From: the human T2T-CHM13v2.0 reference genome, Homo sapiens
Reading direction: 5' to 3' (one strand)
NCBI RefSeq assembly: GCF_009914755.1
Contig: NC_060927.1
DNA: 64,000 bases
Shown: in pieces, positions 52,081-64,000 of the stretch
Numbering within the stretch: position 1 is the stretch's first letter
Layout of the letters: each line of letters starts with the position of its first letter
The notes under the pieces: model-generated
Told to the model about the DNA's origin: nothing
Database searches by the model: none
The model's input: the letters and a program-made list of their open reading frames with translations, nothing else
Made by a program: the position numbers and the translations under genes

Positions 52081-53924
52081 TCAGGTCTCTCCGTTTACCT
52101 TGCAAATAGTCAATATTTAAAATTTCCACTAATGGAACTGTTAAATACTCCTGTTTTTCTGACACCCTGTATATGGAATTATCAAAGCTTTCAGCCCATT
52201 TGCTTATCAGTCCCACCACCTAGACTGACATTTTATCTCACTCGTCTTCATAGCTCCAGTGTCTGGCTTAATCCCACTTTCCAAATGTATTACATCACCT
52301 AGAAACAATGGTGTGTGCAGTTGAAGAACGAGCAAAGACAGACCCTGCATGCCCTTGAACGCCAGGCAAAGGGAATAACAATCCTATAGACTGGAGATGC
52401 ACTATCATGGGCAGGGCCATAGCTTAATCCTACTTGCATTACAGTACCTGTGTTGGTCTGTATGGAAGATGGCAGAAAGGAGGTTCCTGCCACTGTTTCA
52501 AAATATCACATCTTGAACATGAGAGTTTTCGCTGAGGAAATTATATTATTGCAGGAGAACTTTGAGGGGCAGAGGTTAGATCCAGAACTCCTTAGCCTAG
52601 AATTCAAGACCTTCCATCAATGTTAACCACCCCCATCCCCTCTAGCTTTGTTTACCCTCCTTCTTCTTGTGTGTCTCCGTCATTTCAAGTTACTTACAAT
52701 CCCTGAAAAGGTAATGGTAATTCCAGACACAACACTTCTGCCCATGCTAATTTCTCTGCCTGCAATGCCTTCCATTCTCATCTCCTTGGGAAACTCCTAT
52801 TCAGTGTTAGTACCTGGGGCAAATTCTAGGTCTCTTCCTACCACTTCCTTCACTCTTTGAGGGGCTATGATGAGGCTGGGTCCAGTTTGAGGACCTTGAC
52901 TGAGACATGGGGTCTAGAGGTAGAGCTTTTGGTGTAATCAAGGAAGGTCAAAGCTCTAAGCCTTCTAGAAGCCCAATGGCCAAAAGGGACCAGTAGAGGT
53001 TAACCCTGAGATTGTTTAGCACAGAAAGAAAATGAAACAGAGGCTTAAGCAAAGTGTCTCTGGAAGTTAGACAGAAGACAAATATTCAGGTAACTCATGT
53101 CCCCTCAGTCCTTTTTCTCTCGAATGGGAGCTGGATTTTTGCTGGGAGTTTGTGATATTTCTATCACTGCCTCTCTCTGCTTTTCCTTCATGAACCTCTG
53201 GGTCTGCTTCAACATGATGCTCTTCAGGAAATAACTAGAGCATCTGAGTTAGGACAATAGTCACCATTGAAGCTAGGAGCCTCCTAAAATTTAAACAGAA
53301 AAGTTTGAGGATTGAAAAGAATGGATAAGTCCTCTGGATCCTTCTCTTTATAAAATGCTCTCCTTTCCTTATCACCTTAGAAACAATGGGATGAACTATA
53401 GTGGGACCAAAGAGAGAGAATAAAATCTCAGAAGGACAAAGTCTAAACTTGGGGTTTTTCCTTTCTCTGCTAATGCACTGACTTTCATTAAATCCAGAAT
53501 TAAGACTGCCATTTAAATAGCATAAGAGGGTAAATGCTGTCAGTGGACATGGCCCATGAGAAATACCCCTCCTTATCTACCAAGTTGTTTTGACAACCAA
53601 TGATGCTGTTGAGTCCTCTGTTCTAGTTTTCACCCTCAGGCCATACTGACAGCCTTACGCACAGGTGGTCATATGGGGAATATATTTGGCCTTCTGTCAT
53701 AAACCCCATATCCTCTAGAAATCGATCACTTCTGGCCTTGCTGAATCACTTTTCCTGATGCTACATAAATGGCTTTAGGTGTTGGTAATCAATCATGGAA
53801 AACCAAAAACATCACTGCAAAGTTTCAGATAATCTATATTGAAAAACAATAGTCTGTTACTCATCTGTGTCCCAACCAATATTAGAAACTTCTCCACAAA
53901 ACTTGGTAGAATGCAGGGAGGCAG

Positions 53925-54352
<428 letters not shown>

Positions 54353-54919
54353 TGAACGAGCCATTGAATCTACTGAGTATCTCAGTGTCCCCAGAATTCT
54401 CCAGGACATCCCTGGGAGACTGAAGGCATAGTCAGGCAGAGAAGAAAAAGTGGTACAAGGAGGAATGAGGCAAAGGAGAAGTCAGGGAAAGGAGAGGAGA
54501 AAACAGAGGACCTCATGGTATGGTGTGGAACTGCGACCAAAATGATTATTACAAGCATTTCTCTTGTAATGTTCTGGAGTATCACCTAGCTGCTAAGGGA
54601 GAATCAAACTCCTTTCATGTGAAGGGGCTGAATGCTTTTGGGAAGAAAAGATGTCAAGGGTAAGACCCTGCTGTGTTCAGCTCTTCGTGCTGTAATAGGG
54701 ATGGAATCGTATCTCAGATAGCAGTTCCCCATCCAGTCCCTTTCCCCCATAACACACAGGATGGCCAATGGGTGGGACAATAGCCAGAGGGAAACATGCA
54801 GGGATTCAGGACAGCCTAATAATTTGTCACACCTTCAAACCAATATTCTTTCAATATTAGTTCAATATTTATGTAGAGGAGATGAATACTAAGTGGAGGA
54901 AGAACAGAGCTTCCCACTT

Positions 54920-55620
54920 TTCTTTTAACCTGTTGCTGAAATGTAACTTACACATGGAAAAGTACACATATCATGAGTACTCAGTGAGTTTCCACAAACT
55001 AAACACACATTGTTACCAGCACCCAGATTTTTACAAATAATGATAACATTACCAGCATTCCAGAATCCTCGCTTATGTTCCCTCCCTGCCTCCTTCCAAG
55101 TATAACCACTATCTTGACATCAAACAGCAGAGATTAGCTTTGCCAGTTTTTGTTCTTTTTGTGGATGAAGTGATATAGCTTGTTGTCTTTTGTGTCTGAC
55201 TTCTTTTGCTTGTCATCAAGTGAGATTCATGCACATTGTTATGTGTAGTTGAAGATTGTTCATTCTCTTTGCTGATTGTATTCCAGGGTGTAAATATACC
55301 ACAATCTATTTATCCATCCTACTGGTGTTGGGCACTTGGAAAGTTTCCAGTTGTTGCTACTATGAATAGGGCCACTATGAGCAATCTAGAATATCTTTTG
55401 GTGAACATTTGGTAGACATTTCTGTCAGAGAGATAGATATAGACATAGACATAGATAGAAATAGAGAGAGACAAATCGTTTGATCATAGGGAAGGCACAT
55501 GTTTATCATTAGTAAATGCTGCCAAACAGCTGCCCAAAGTGACTGTACTTGGTTAGACTCCATCAGCATATCGAAGAGTATTAGTTGCTCTATATCCTCA
55601 CCAACAACTAGTGTTTTCTG
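54920..55620 (-). mobile_element. L1ME/MD-type 3' end
   Basis: AACATTACCAGCATTCCAGAA..TGAGATTCAT..ATATACCACAATCTATTTATCCAT..TAAATGCTGCCAAACAG. Confidence 0.8.
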
Positions 55621-56443
55621 GGGTTTTTATTTGTTTTTTCACATGTCTTTTAGCAGGGTCACCACTCCTACCCCTCCATCCCTGAACCACTTACGTATGG
55701 TTTGCCTTCTAGGAATTCTGGGAACTGCAGTTGTCTTTATTGTGTTACATTTTAATGATGCTTTAGTACTTAGCACTCTTTGTATACTGGCATTCTGGGC
55801 CAGTGCTCCCAATGGGCCATCCCTGCCTTACCCAGCTCTAGAAAACAAACTCATAGGTGTAGCCATATTATCTTCCCATTGGGCTAGTTTCAATTCCTTC
55901 CCTCTGCCTCTCAAGAAAGCACATTAGTGTAAGTGAGTAGGAGGAGGGTTATCATGGGAATTACCATAAATCTGTCCTATTTTTTTTAGTAAAGCATTTG
56001 CAAGCTTCAGCCCCTTAATAATTACTAGTAATAAACTTCTTGGTCATACCTCACTGACAACACAGGTTTGCCAACACCCGGCCATGTGATCCTGAATAAT
56101 TTCATTCCCTTAGCACCATACTCAGCTCTGAACAAGTAAGTGGGGTCCTTGCTCCAATCCCTGTTCCTTAGCACCACCTCCACCACCCCCCAACTCCCAG
56201 TCCCCTAAATGTTTCCAACCCCCAACCCCTATTTTGGAATGCCTTCCTCAAGGCATTCCTAAGCACACTTCAGTGTTTGGAGCCAGCCAGGGCCAGCATT
56301 ACTATTTGAGTGGTATATCCTGAGCATGGACCAGAACCATGTGAGCCCCAATCTCCATTTCTCCTTTTTGAACTGCTCTCTCACCCTCTATTCCATGGAT
56401 AGGGTTGCCCTGCTGTGCTGAGGAGCTCCAGGACTTGTGTTTA

Positions 56444-56826
<383 letters not shown>

Positions 56827-57552
56827 TTATAATTTTTTTAAAAAAGAAGATATCTCACAAGATTGGGCTGCCAGATGGTGCTGATACTGCTGATCTGAGG
56901 TGACGCTCACTCACATCAGACACAGGACAATGTCAGGGCTCTGGGCTACCAACAATTCAACACCAGCTCTTGACTTTGGACCTGTGCATGAGTTGGCCCA
57001 TCCACATGCCTATGCCCCTGTGTTGGTTCTCGCCCAGTCGTGTTCTGACCATGTTGCTGCCTTCCATCTGTGACATCTGAGGGCAGCAGGAAATTTTGCT
57101 CTGTACCCCCTAGTTTGGACACCCAGAGCACTCACCATGCCTCCTCTACAGGCTCTGCTCCCTTTCAGGCAGTCCTCCAGAGTTGGCTGCACCTATCTTC
57201 TCCAAGGGTTTTCAAGACTGTTGTTCCACAAAGCCAATGGCCTATTGGGTCAACGTCCTTCCTTCCCATCAATGGATGTGCTGATATCGTGTTCTCTCAG
57301 GTCAGTCTTAATCCACCATACTTGGGCCTGAGCCTATCTACTGGTGTGAAAGGAAAGGGTGCAGTCAACATTCAAAGCAATCACAGTTTAGGAATATATT
57401 GATTACAGCCTAGAGAGTTCAAGAGAAGACAGGGTTGGAAGACATGTTGCATGTTGTACTACAAAATTCTAAACAGTAAATTTAACATGACCAGAACATG
57501 CAGTCTCATTCATAGTTTCCAGCATACTCTGGATAAGACTTGCACTTGTAGT

Positions 57553-57962
57553 TGTGATGGTTAGTTTTATGTGCCAACTCAATTAGGCTATAGACCTACC
57601 TCAGTTATTCCATCAAACACAAATCTAGGCATTGCGGACATGCTTAGCATCTACAGGCAGTTGACTTTATGTAAAGGAGATTAGCCTTGATAGTCTGGGT
57701 GGGCCTCATCCAATCAATTAAAAGGCCAAAGAACAGAGCTGAGGCTTTACTGAAGAAGAGGAAATTCTGCCTGTGGACAGCAGCTTTAGCTCATGTCCAG
57801 AAGTTCCAGGCTGCCCTTCCTGGCAGCCTCCCCTGTGGATTTAAGACTTGCCTAGCCATAGCCAGCCTCCACAATCACATAAGCCAATTATTTGCAACAA
57901 ATCTCTTAATATATATACATATCCTACTGGTTCTATGTCTCTGGTTGGCCCTGACTGATATA
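57553..57962 (+). mobile_element. MLT2 (D-like) ERVL solo LTR
   Basis: TGTGATGGTTAGTTTTATGTGCCAACT..GGGTGGGCCTCATCCAATCA..CCCTGACTGATATA; TSD GTAGT/GCAGT. Confidence 0.88.
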
Positions 57963-59019
57963 GCAGTCATCATCAGTGATGCACAGTAGCAATCTTTGAG
58001 AGAGTCACTGGAAACCATTATTCACAAGCGGCATAGTACATGATGCAGTGTCATGAGTAATGATAAAGCCAGCATTAAATACATGGCATTAGGGAAGTGC
58101 AGAGGCAAGAAAAATCTATTTTGTTTCAGTACAAAGAGATTCCGAAGACCCATGGTATTATGAGTGTTGTTACCTGTTTCTCACAGTGGGAGATATGAAA
58201 TTAACCAGGAATGGTGAATTTCACAATAAAAAACACGAAGGGATGCTTCCTAGACCTACAAAGGGGGAGACAGTGCACGGATACCACAAACTTCACGTGC
58301 ACTGATAGGACAATAAACAAATGCGTAAGTACCTCTTCTCTACACATTATTCTAAATCTTTACTGATAAATCACTATGCCTTAGATGGACCTTTGAATTT
58401 TCTAATAAATGTATCATCTAATGGTCTACATAGACAGGGGCCCTGCAAAAAATATTTGCGCAGGGCTCCCACACCCTAAGAGTGATCACGCTGTATCTGT
58501 TTCCCCATTGGTAATGAAAAATTTGACTGGTTCTCCTTCAGAATTCCTTCCACCTCTAATATTCTGCTTCTTTCCCTAAGGAATGCAAAGCACCTTTCAT
58601 CTAGACCTAGAACAAACTTCAGCCCAAAGAAGTTGAGTGTTTTTATTTGTTTTAAAGTAAATTCTCCCTTCACTTATTCACTCAGAGCCTCTTGCTCCAT
58701 TCAGAGAGGACTTCACTGCTCCATGCTCAGACCAAGAGCATCCTTCTTGGGACATCTCCCACCTAGACTCTCATGACAGGTATATAGCCCAGGTTGAGTG
58801 TAGGTTGGGTTAAAATACCAGGCTCACATCTTCATGTCTTCATACAAAGACACTCAGCCAGGAGGCCTTGCAGGTAAATTCTGACCAGTCCTCTTATGAT
58901 TGCCGAACAGAGTCACATTGCCTAAACCTGACCTTAAGGCAGTGTAACTGCTGCTGCAAGTATTTCTATACATAATACTTTGACCCATCTCTGGCCCACA
59001 CACTTGTGCATGGATGGAT

Positions 59020-59195
59020 ATGTAGTGAAAGAACTGTTGGCCTGGGAGTCAGGTCCTCCAATACCAGCCCTCCTCCTAGTTAGCTCTGTGAAACTAGGAA
59101 AGCTCCTTTTCTCTCTGGACTCAGTTTCTTCATCTATAACATGTATGAGGTGGACTAAGACACTAAAGATGCTTTCAGCCCTTACATGCTGAATT
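59020..59195 (+). mobile_element. MIR/MIR3
   Basis: GGGAGTCAGG..TAGCTCTGTGA..CTCTCTGGACTCAGTTTCTTCATCTATAA. Confidence 0.7.
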
Positions 59196-59819
59196 TTCTT
59201 TTAATATGTAAAAGAAATTTGCAAGTAAAGTGGAAAGAATAATGTAGCACCACTTATACCCCTACTGCTCAGGGTGAATGTATATGTGTGTATGTGTGTA
59301 CACTTTTAACTTGTATAGGTAATATATTCTCCTTTTTAGTAAATGAAGAAATCAAATCAAGCATCAACACCTAGGAGACTCTAAGCAGGATACACTGGCA
59401 CCTGGCAAGATACAGTCATCAACACCTAGAAGGACACGTGGGTCAGGAGTTCCTAAATGACAGCCCTTGATCCTGATTGGTTCACAGGAATGATTGGTTT
59501 GACCAACAACGATTTTTAAAGGATGAATATTGATGCCTTTCAATGGAGCATGTCTATGGGGCCTGGTTCCATTAGAGCACCCCTCTCCCCAACTTCCTAT
59601 TCACCGCATCACTCACATTTACATATCCCACGAGACCATCAAAGGCATTTGATTTTGTGAATATAAATTTATTATGCCTGCCTGAGAACAGAAGTAATAA
59701 GAATGTTTTCTACCTTTTCATTTTACCTCCACTATAGCTCCCAAGAGATGTTACATGGACAAGAAGGGCACAAAGAAGTTTATACTTCCTGCTCTAGATT
59801 AATTGTATCCCGATACAAC

Positions 59820-59995
59820 ACAGGAAGGACATGGGCTTGAAATGAACAGACTTGGGCCCAGATTCTAGCTCCATCATTTGCTTCTTTATCCAGAGCCTCC
59901 AATTCATTTGCCTTCCAGAGTTTCTGCAGTGATCAGCAAAACCATCTGACACAGGGGACCACACAGCGGGAACTCAATAAATGCTAATTCCTTCT
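59820..59995 (+). mobile_element. MIR
   Basis: ACAGACTTGGG..ATTCTAGCTCC..CTCAATAAATGCTA. Confidence 0.55.
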
Positions 59996-61479
59996 CTCAT
60001 CCTGTTGCAGAGTCAGCCCAAACCTCTCTCCAATATCTTCTACAGGGAAAAGATCTCTTGGGCTCACCCAGGCTGGGCTGTGGTGTGCAATTCTTCATTA
60101 AGAGATATGAAGAGCCCAGAAATGGAAAAGCTGGAATAAAGGAATGCAGAGTGGGGCTGCCTGTTTTGTTCCTTTTGCAAACACACACAAACATGATGAT
60201 GGGGAGCAGCACCAGGGACATGTCAAAGATGACAGCAGCACTGGTCAGGTGCAAATTGCCCTTCGAAAAATGCCTAAGGCAGCACAGCTTTTGGCAGTCT
60301 TTTTTTTTTTTTCTTTTCTAATCAAGGCAAAGATTTCTCTAAAAAAGCACATAGTAAAGGAAGCCAAAGGAATGTTAGTGCCTGTCTCTAGAAGCCACAT
60401 TTATCTATTTTTAGTCCCCAGCAAAGCCCAGTACACTGTAATCAGTATAATAACATGCTGTCTTTCATAAAGACAGATGACACAGTTGACCTTCAGTCCC
60501 CATCTGGACACAGGACGTGTGCTGTGGGTTGTTTTGTCAGCTGTGGGCTTGGATTATTTGTACCCTCTCATCTAGTTTGGATCAGAACCAGGCATTTTCA
60601 GGAAGACTAGAAAATATGAGTGTGGGGTCAACTGGACCTCTGAAAAAAGAATTGGTAGATGTGAAGTCTGAAGGCATCATGGGTGGAATTAGTATGGAAT
60701 TTTGCTCAAGTTACTTACTTCTGTAAAGACCTACTGGCCCCTTATACTTTGTGGAATAAAATCTTCACCTTGATCTTTTTCACCCAAGTTGGTAACTCAA
60801 TGCAGTCTTCCTGCTGGACCACTTCCTCAATCTTGGGACATCAAATATATACTCTCAACCTCCTTGAACACAATAAAACTTAACTTTCTCCAGGTAGGAA
60901 GCCATGAACACTGCATATTGCACATGGGACCTAAAGACATGGGAGGAAGAAACAGCATCAGGTTGTCTCACGTGGTGAAGCTTTCAGAATACCCTCCCTT
61001 ACAGGCAGCACTGTCCATCCACTTGGAACCTTCTCTTCCTACTCTCCACAGCAATCTTAACCATCTCTCTGGCTTCAGGCTGCTCTTCTTCCAACTAGAC
61101 TGGGTTCATCCCACTAGATGACCCAGGCTTTTCAATATTGCATGTAAATGTTATGGCTCTTTCAGTCCCTGCCTACTCCTGAGTCATTGGTCTCCAAATC
61201 TCAATGTCATTCTGCTAGTCCTGGGAAAAGTACAAAGAAATCTCTTACCAAGCCTCATTTTCCTCACTTGTAATGTACAGATGACTTCTTAGTTCCCTTC
61301 CAGTTTGAAATCCTAGTCCCAAGAATGGCTTTTCCAACTGTGAGCAACCTGATACAAGCCTATCATCATTGGATATAATTGGGCTATATACATACAGGTA
61401 GAAACAGGTATAACTATACACAGAAGACTCATCTTTTATACATGCCATCACAACCTACAATTGTATGTAAAGACCTTAG

Positions 61480-61600
61480 TCATTTACATTGTAGCATTCA
61501 ACCTTCACAATAAAGTTAATAAAGGCAAGGGCAGGTGTTGCCACTCAAATTCAGATCTTCTGACTTTAGGGCCAGGGCTCTCTATGTGACCCCACACTGT
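61480..61600 (-). mobile_element. MIR
   Basis: CATTCAACCTTCACAATA..ACTCAAATTCAGATCTTCTGACT. Confidence 0.5.
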
Positions 61601-61694
61601 ATCCCTGGTAAGCAGAGGCACTGGGAGCTTATACGCCTCAGAGAGAGTGGGTAATGGAGTATTCTCCCCTCTGAGTCCTCTGAGCTGGTATAAT

Positions 61695-61915
61695 GCTATA
61701 GTTAAGATCAGGCCCTGCATCAGACTGAGCTAAATTTGAATCTTATAATTTAGTAGCTGTGTACTGTTGAGCAAGCTATTCAACTTCTCTGAACCTCAAG
61801 TTAGCATTCTGTAAAATGAGGGAATTAATAATATCACAATGGAGTTATGAGGATTTAATGAGGTAGTTCATGGAAGTGCTTAACACAGATCTAGCACATA
61901 GTGCCCCCAAAATAA
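61695..61915 (+). mobile_element. MIR
   Basis: TAGCTGTGT..GAGCAAG..CTCTGAACCTCA..CTGTAAAATG..GAGGATTTAATGAG..GCACATAGT. Confidence 0.8.
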
Positions 61916-63328
61916 TAGTATTATTTAGATTAATATTGTATATTAACTTGCATTGATTCCCAAAGTATTTCCTGCCCTGTCTGTTCAGAATCATTTTAAT
62001 TTTTAAAATCCAGGAGCAATACACTACTCCTAGTGGAGAACTTGAATCCAAGGTGAGATTAGATGAGCAGGTTCAGAAAGGATGTTCAAGAAACTTGATG
62101 GAAGAAAAGGTACCACTTGTAGAACTCTGTGGTCTTTCAGATTGTTGTAATGCCAGTGATTCATTATAGCCAACACAGAGCAAATCATTTGTTAATAAAC
62201 AGAGCATCTCACAAGGAATGCTAACAGGTCTCTTTAAAGGAGCACCAATCCCATAAAAAGCCAAAAGTAAGAATAAATAATAGCAAGAAGCTTGACATTC
62301 AATGCAGGACATATTTCCTGCATGGGGCCTGCTCGGAACACTTAAAGGTCCATCTGGAAACAGCATCATGCAGAAGCGAGGTCTGCAGCCAGGTCAAGCC
62401 AAGCCACCTTTCATGCTGAGACCCCGACTCTTCTGAAGTTACAAAGTTCAAGGTGAATCCTCTTCCACATCCCAGATAACCAGCTGCCACTCAGGCATTC
62501 CTGATAAAAGTTCATCCAGGCTTAGAGTGAATGAAGTATTAGGGAGATAACGAAAAAGTACCCAGGGTCAAATACAATGGAATCCACTTCTCAAACCAGC
62601 CCACGACTGTTGAGTGTGCAGCTCCTATATTCTCTAGGAATCCTCTCTCAGATACATCTGGTACTTCTAAATCGGTTTCATCTTTTAGATGTATATGGAA
62701 GAGTGGAGGTTTAAGTATCTTGGGAGGAAATCTAAGGAGATACAGAATAGAACAAAGTGAAGTGCTGTGATCCAAAACTGGGGATCCCTGGGTTCTGCCT
62801 CTGCCTGTGGCTTGTGCGCTATCTATGACCCATGGCTCGCAGTTCTGATGGAGGCTGACCCTCCACCTGTGAATATGCTCAGTGGAAATGAAAGCTTCCA
62901 AGTTGGGGAGGGCAAGAAGACTCTTAAGCCTTTCATACCCTGAGGTTCTATTTCCCTTCCTTTCTCTGGTCCTCAGTTTCTTAATCTGTAAAGCATGGAG
63001 CCTAAGCAGGCCTCTCTAGACCATACATGATATGCTACAGGTCTTCTTGAATCCAAGGGGTCATCAGACATCCTCTTTCTTCAGCCTAGCTCTGGCCTTA
63101 AGCCAATTCCTGCCCACCTTTTAAAAAATGTGCCTGTGTCACTGACTACCCCGATGTTCAGCTCTGGAGTTGGAAGTAGGATCTGATCATAGCATCCTCA
63201 GTGGAAGGCATTTACCACATGACATATAGATTAACTCTGGGAAGACATGCTTAGCACCAATGGCACATTTAGTCTTTCCTGGGCAGAACCTGACAAATCT
63301 AACCATTTCTGAGGCAGGGCCTTATACT

Positions 63329-63493
63329 CAGGGCGACCCACTGGTTTATCATCCAAATAGGGATACTTCTGAGAGTGACAAGGGTCACTAACGGCTATTA
63401 ATTAATTAATATTAATTAAATGACTAAGGGGTATTAATAAATACACCTGAACCACAGGACTGTCCCAGGTATCCTAGGACTTAAGGTCATCAT
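63329..63493. mobile_element. MER94-like hAT-Blackjack MITE
   Basis: CAGGGCGACC..TTTATCATCCAAA..GAGAGTGA..GGACTGTCCCAGG..GGTCATC. Confidence 0.65.
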
Positions 63494-63559
63494 ACTTAAA
63501 CATATTTATGGAGGAGAGCCTGTGATAATTTCATCATTAGCCCAAGACAAGAACAGATG

Positions 63560-63737
63560 CCCCAGTGTGGACATGCATGGGGTCAGATTTGGTTATCACA
63601 TAGGCCTGAGGACACTGCTGGCATTGAGCTGGTGGGCATCAGGGATGCTAAATGTCCTGCAATGTACAAAATAATCCCACACAACAGAGAATTATCTGGC
63701 TCAAAATGGCCAAAATTTCCCTACTGAAAAATACTGA
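63560..63737. mobile_element. MER20-type hAT MITE
   Basis: CTGGCAT..CAGGGATGCTAAATGTCCTGCAATG..ACAACAGAGAATTATCTGGCTCAAAATG..GAAAAATACTG. Confidence 0.65.
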
Positions 63738-64000
63738 TATGGTGGGATAAGAATAATTGTAAACAATGATATAAAACGCAGGATGACAACTTCAAATGCC
63801 TTCAGGGCCAGTCAGGAATTGGAAGATCTATGCCCCTTCTTAAGGAGTTTAAATTTAAGTCTTTAAAACAATGCCAAACAATTTCCATCCATATGCACTA
63901 AATTTGGCTTTTGGCCTCCAGATTGTGGACTTCTAATAGACATTTACTGATCAGAAATTATGTCTATGTTATATTAAGTAAAAACGAAAAGCTACAGCGT

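Noticed and set aside
55499-55927. 142-aa hydrophobic ORF
   Set aside because: Starts in antisense L1 sequence, no recognisable homology, no splice context
63402-63419. 18-bp AT palindrome TTAATTAATATTAATTAA
   Set aside because: Short slippage product of the AT-rich core of a MITE; too short to be notable

Overview
Primate (human-like) non-coding DNA, intergenic or deep intronic. I found no credible protein-coding exon; the listed ORFs are either L1/Alu debris or chance frames. About half of the window is a layered transposon record: Alus (J/S/Y), L1s (L1PA, L1MA2-like, L1MB/MC/ME), L2, L3/CR1, many MIRs, ERVL/MaLR solo LTRs (LTR16, LTR33, MLT1, MLT2, MST, THE1) and hAT/Tigger DNA transposons. 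Family names come from remembered consensus motifs, and boundaries of old elements are approximate. The strongest observation is a ~20.4 kb inversion (17987-38345) that splits one L1MA2-like element. The two halves rejoin in frame (TTMRYHLTPV) and share one 14-bp target-site duplication that now lies in opposite orientations. Other notable structures are a tailless 5'-half tRNA-Cys retrocopy with TSDs, a ~300-bp inverted duplication, three local templated direct copies, a probable L1 3' transduction and a twin-primed L1MB insertion. I see no evidence of a new gene system. The novelty here is structural and evolutionary.
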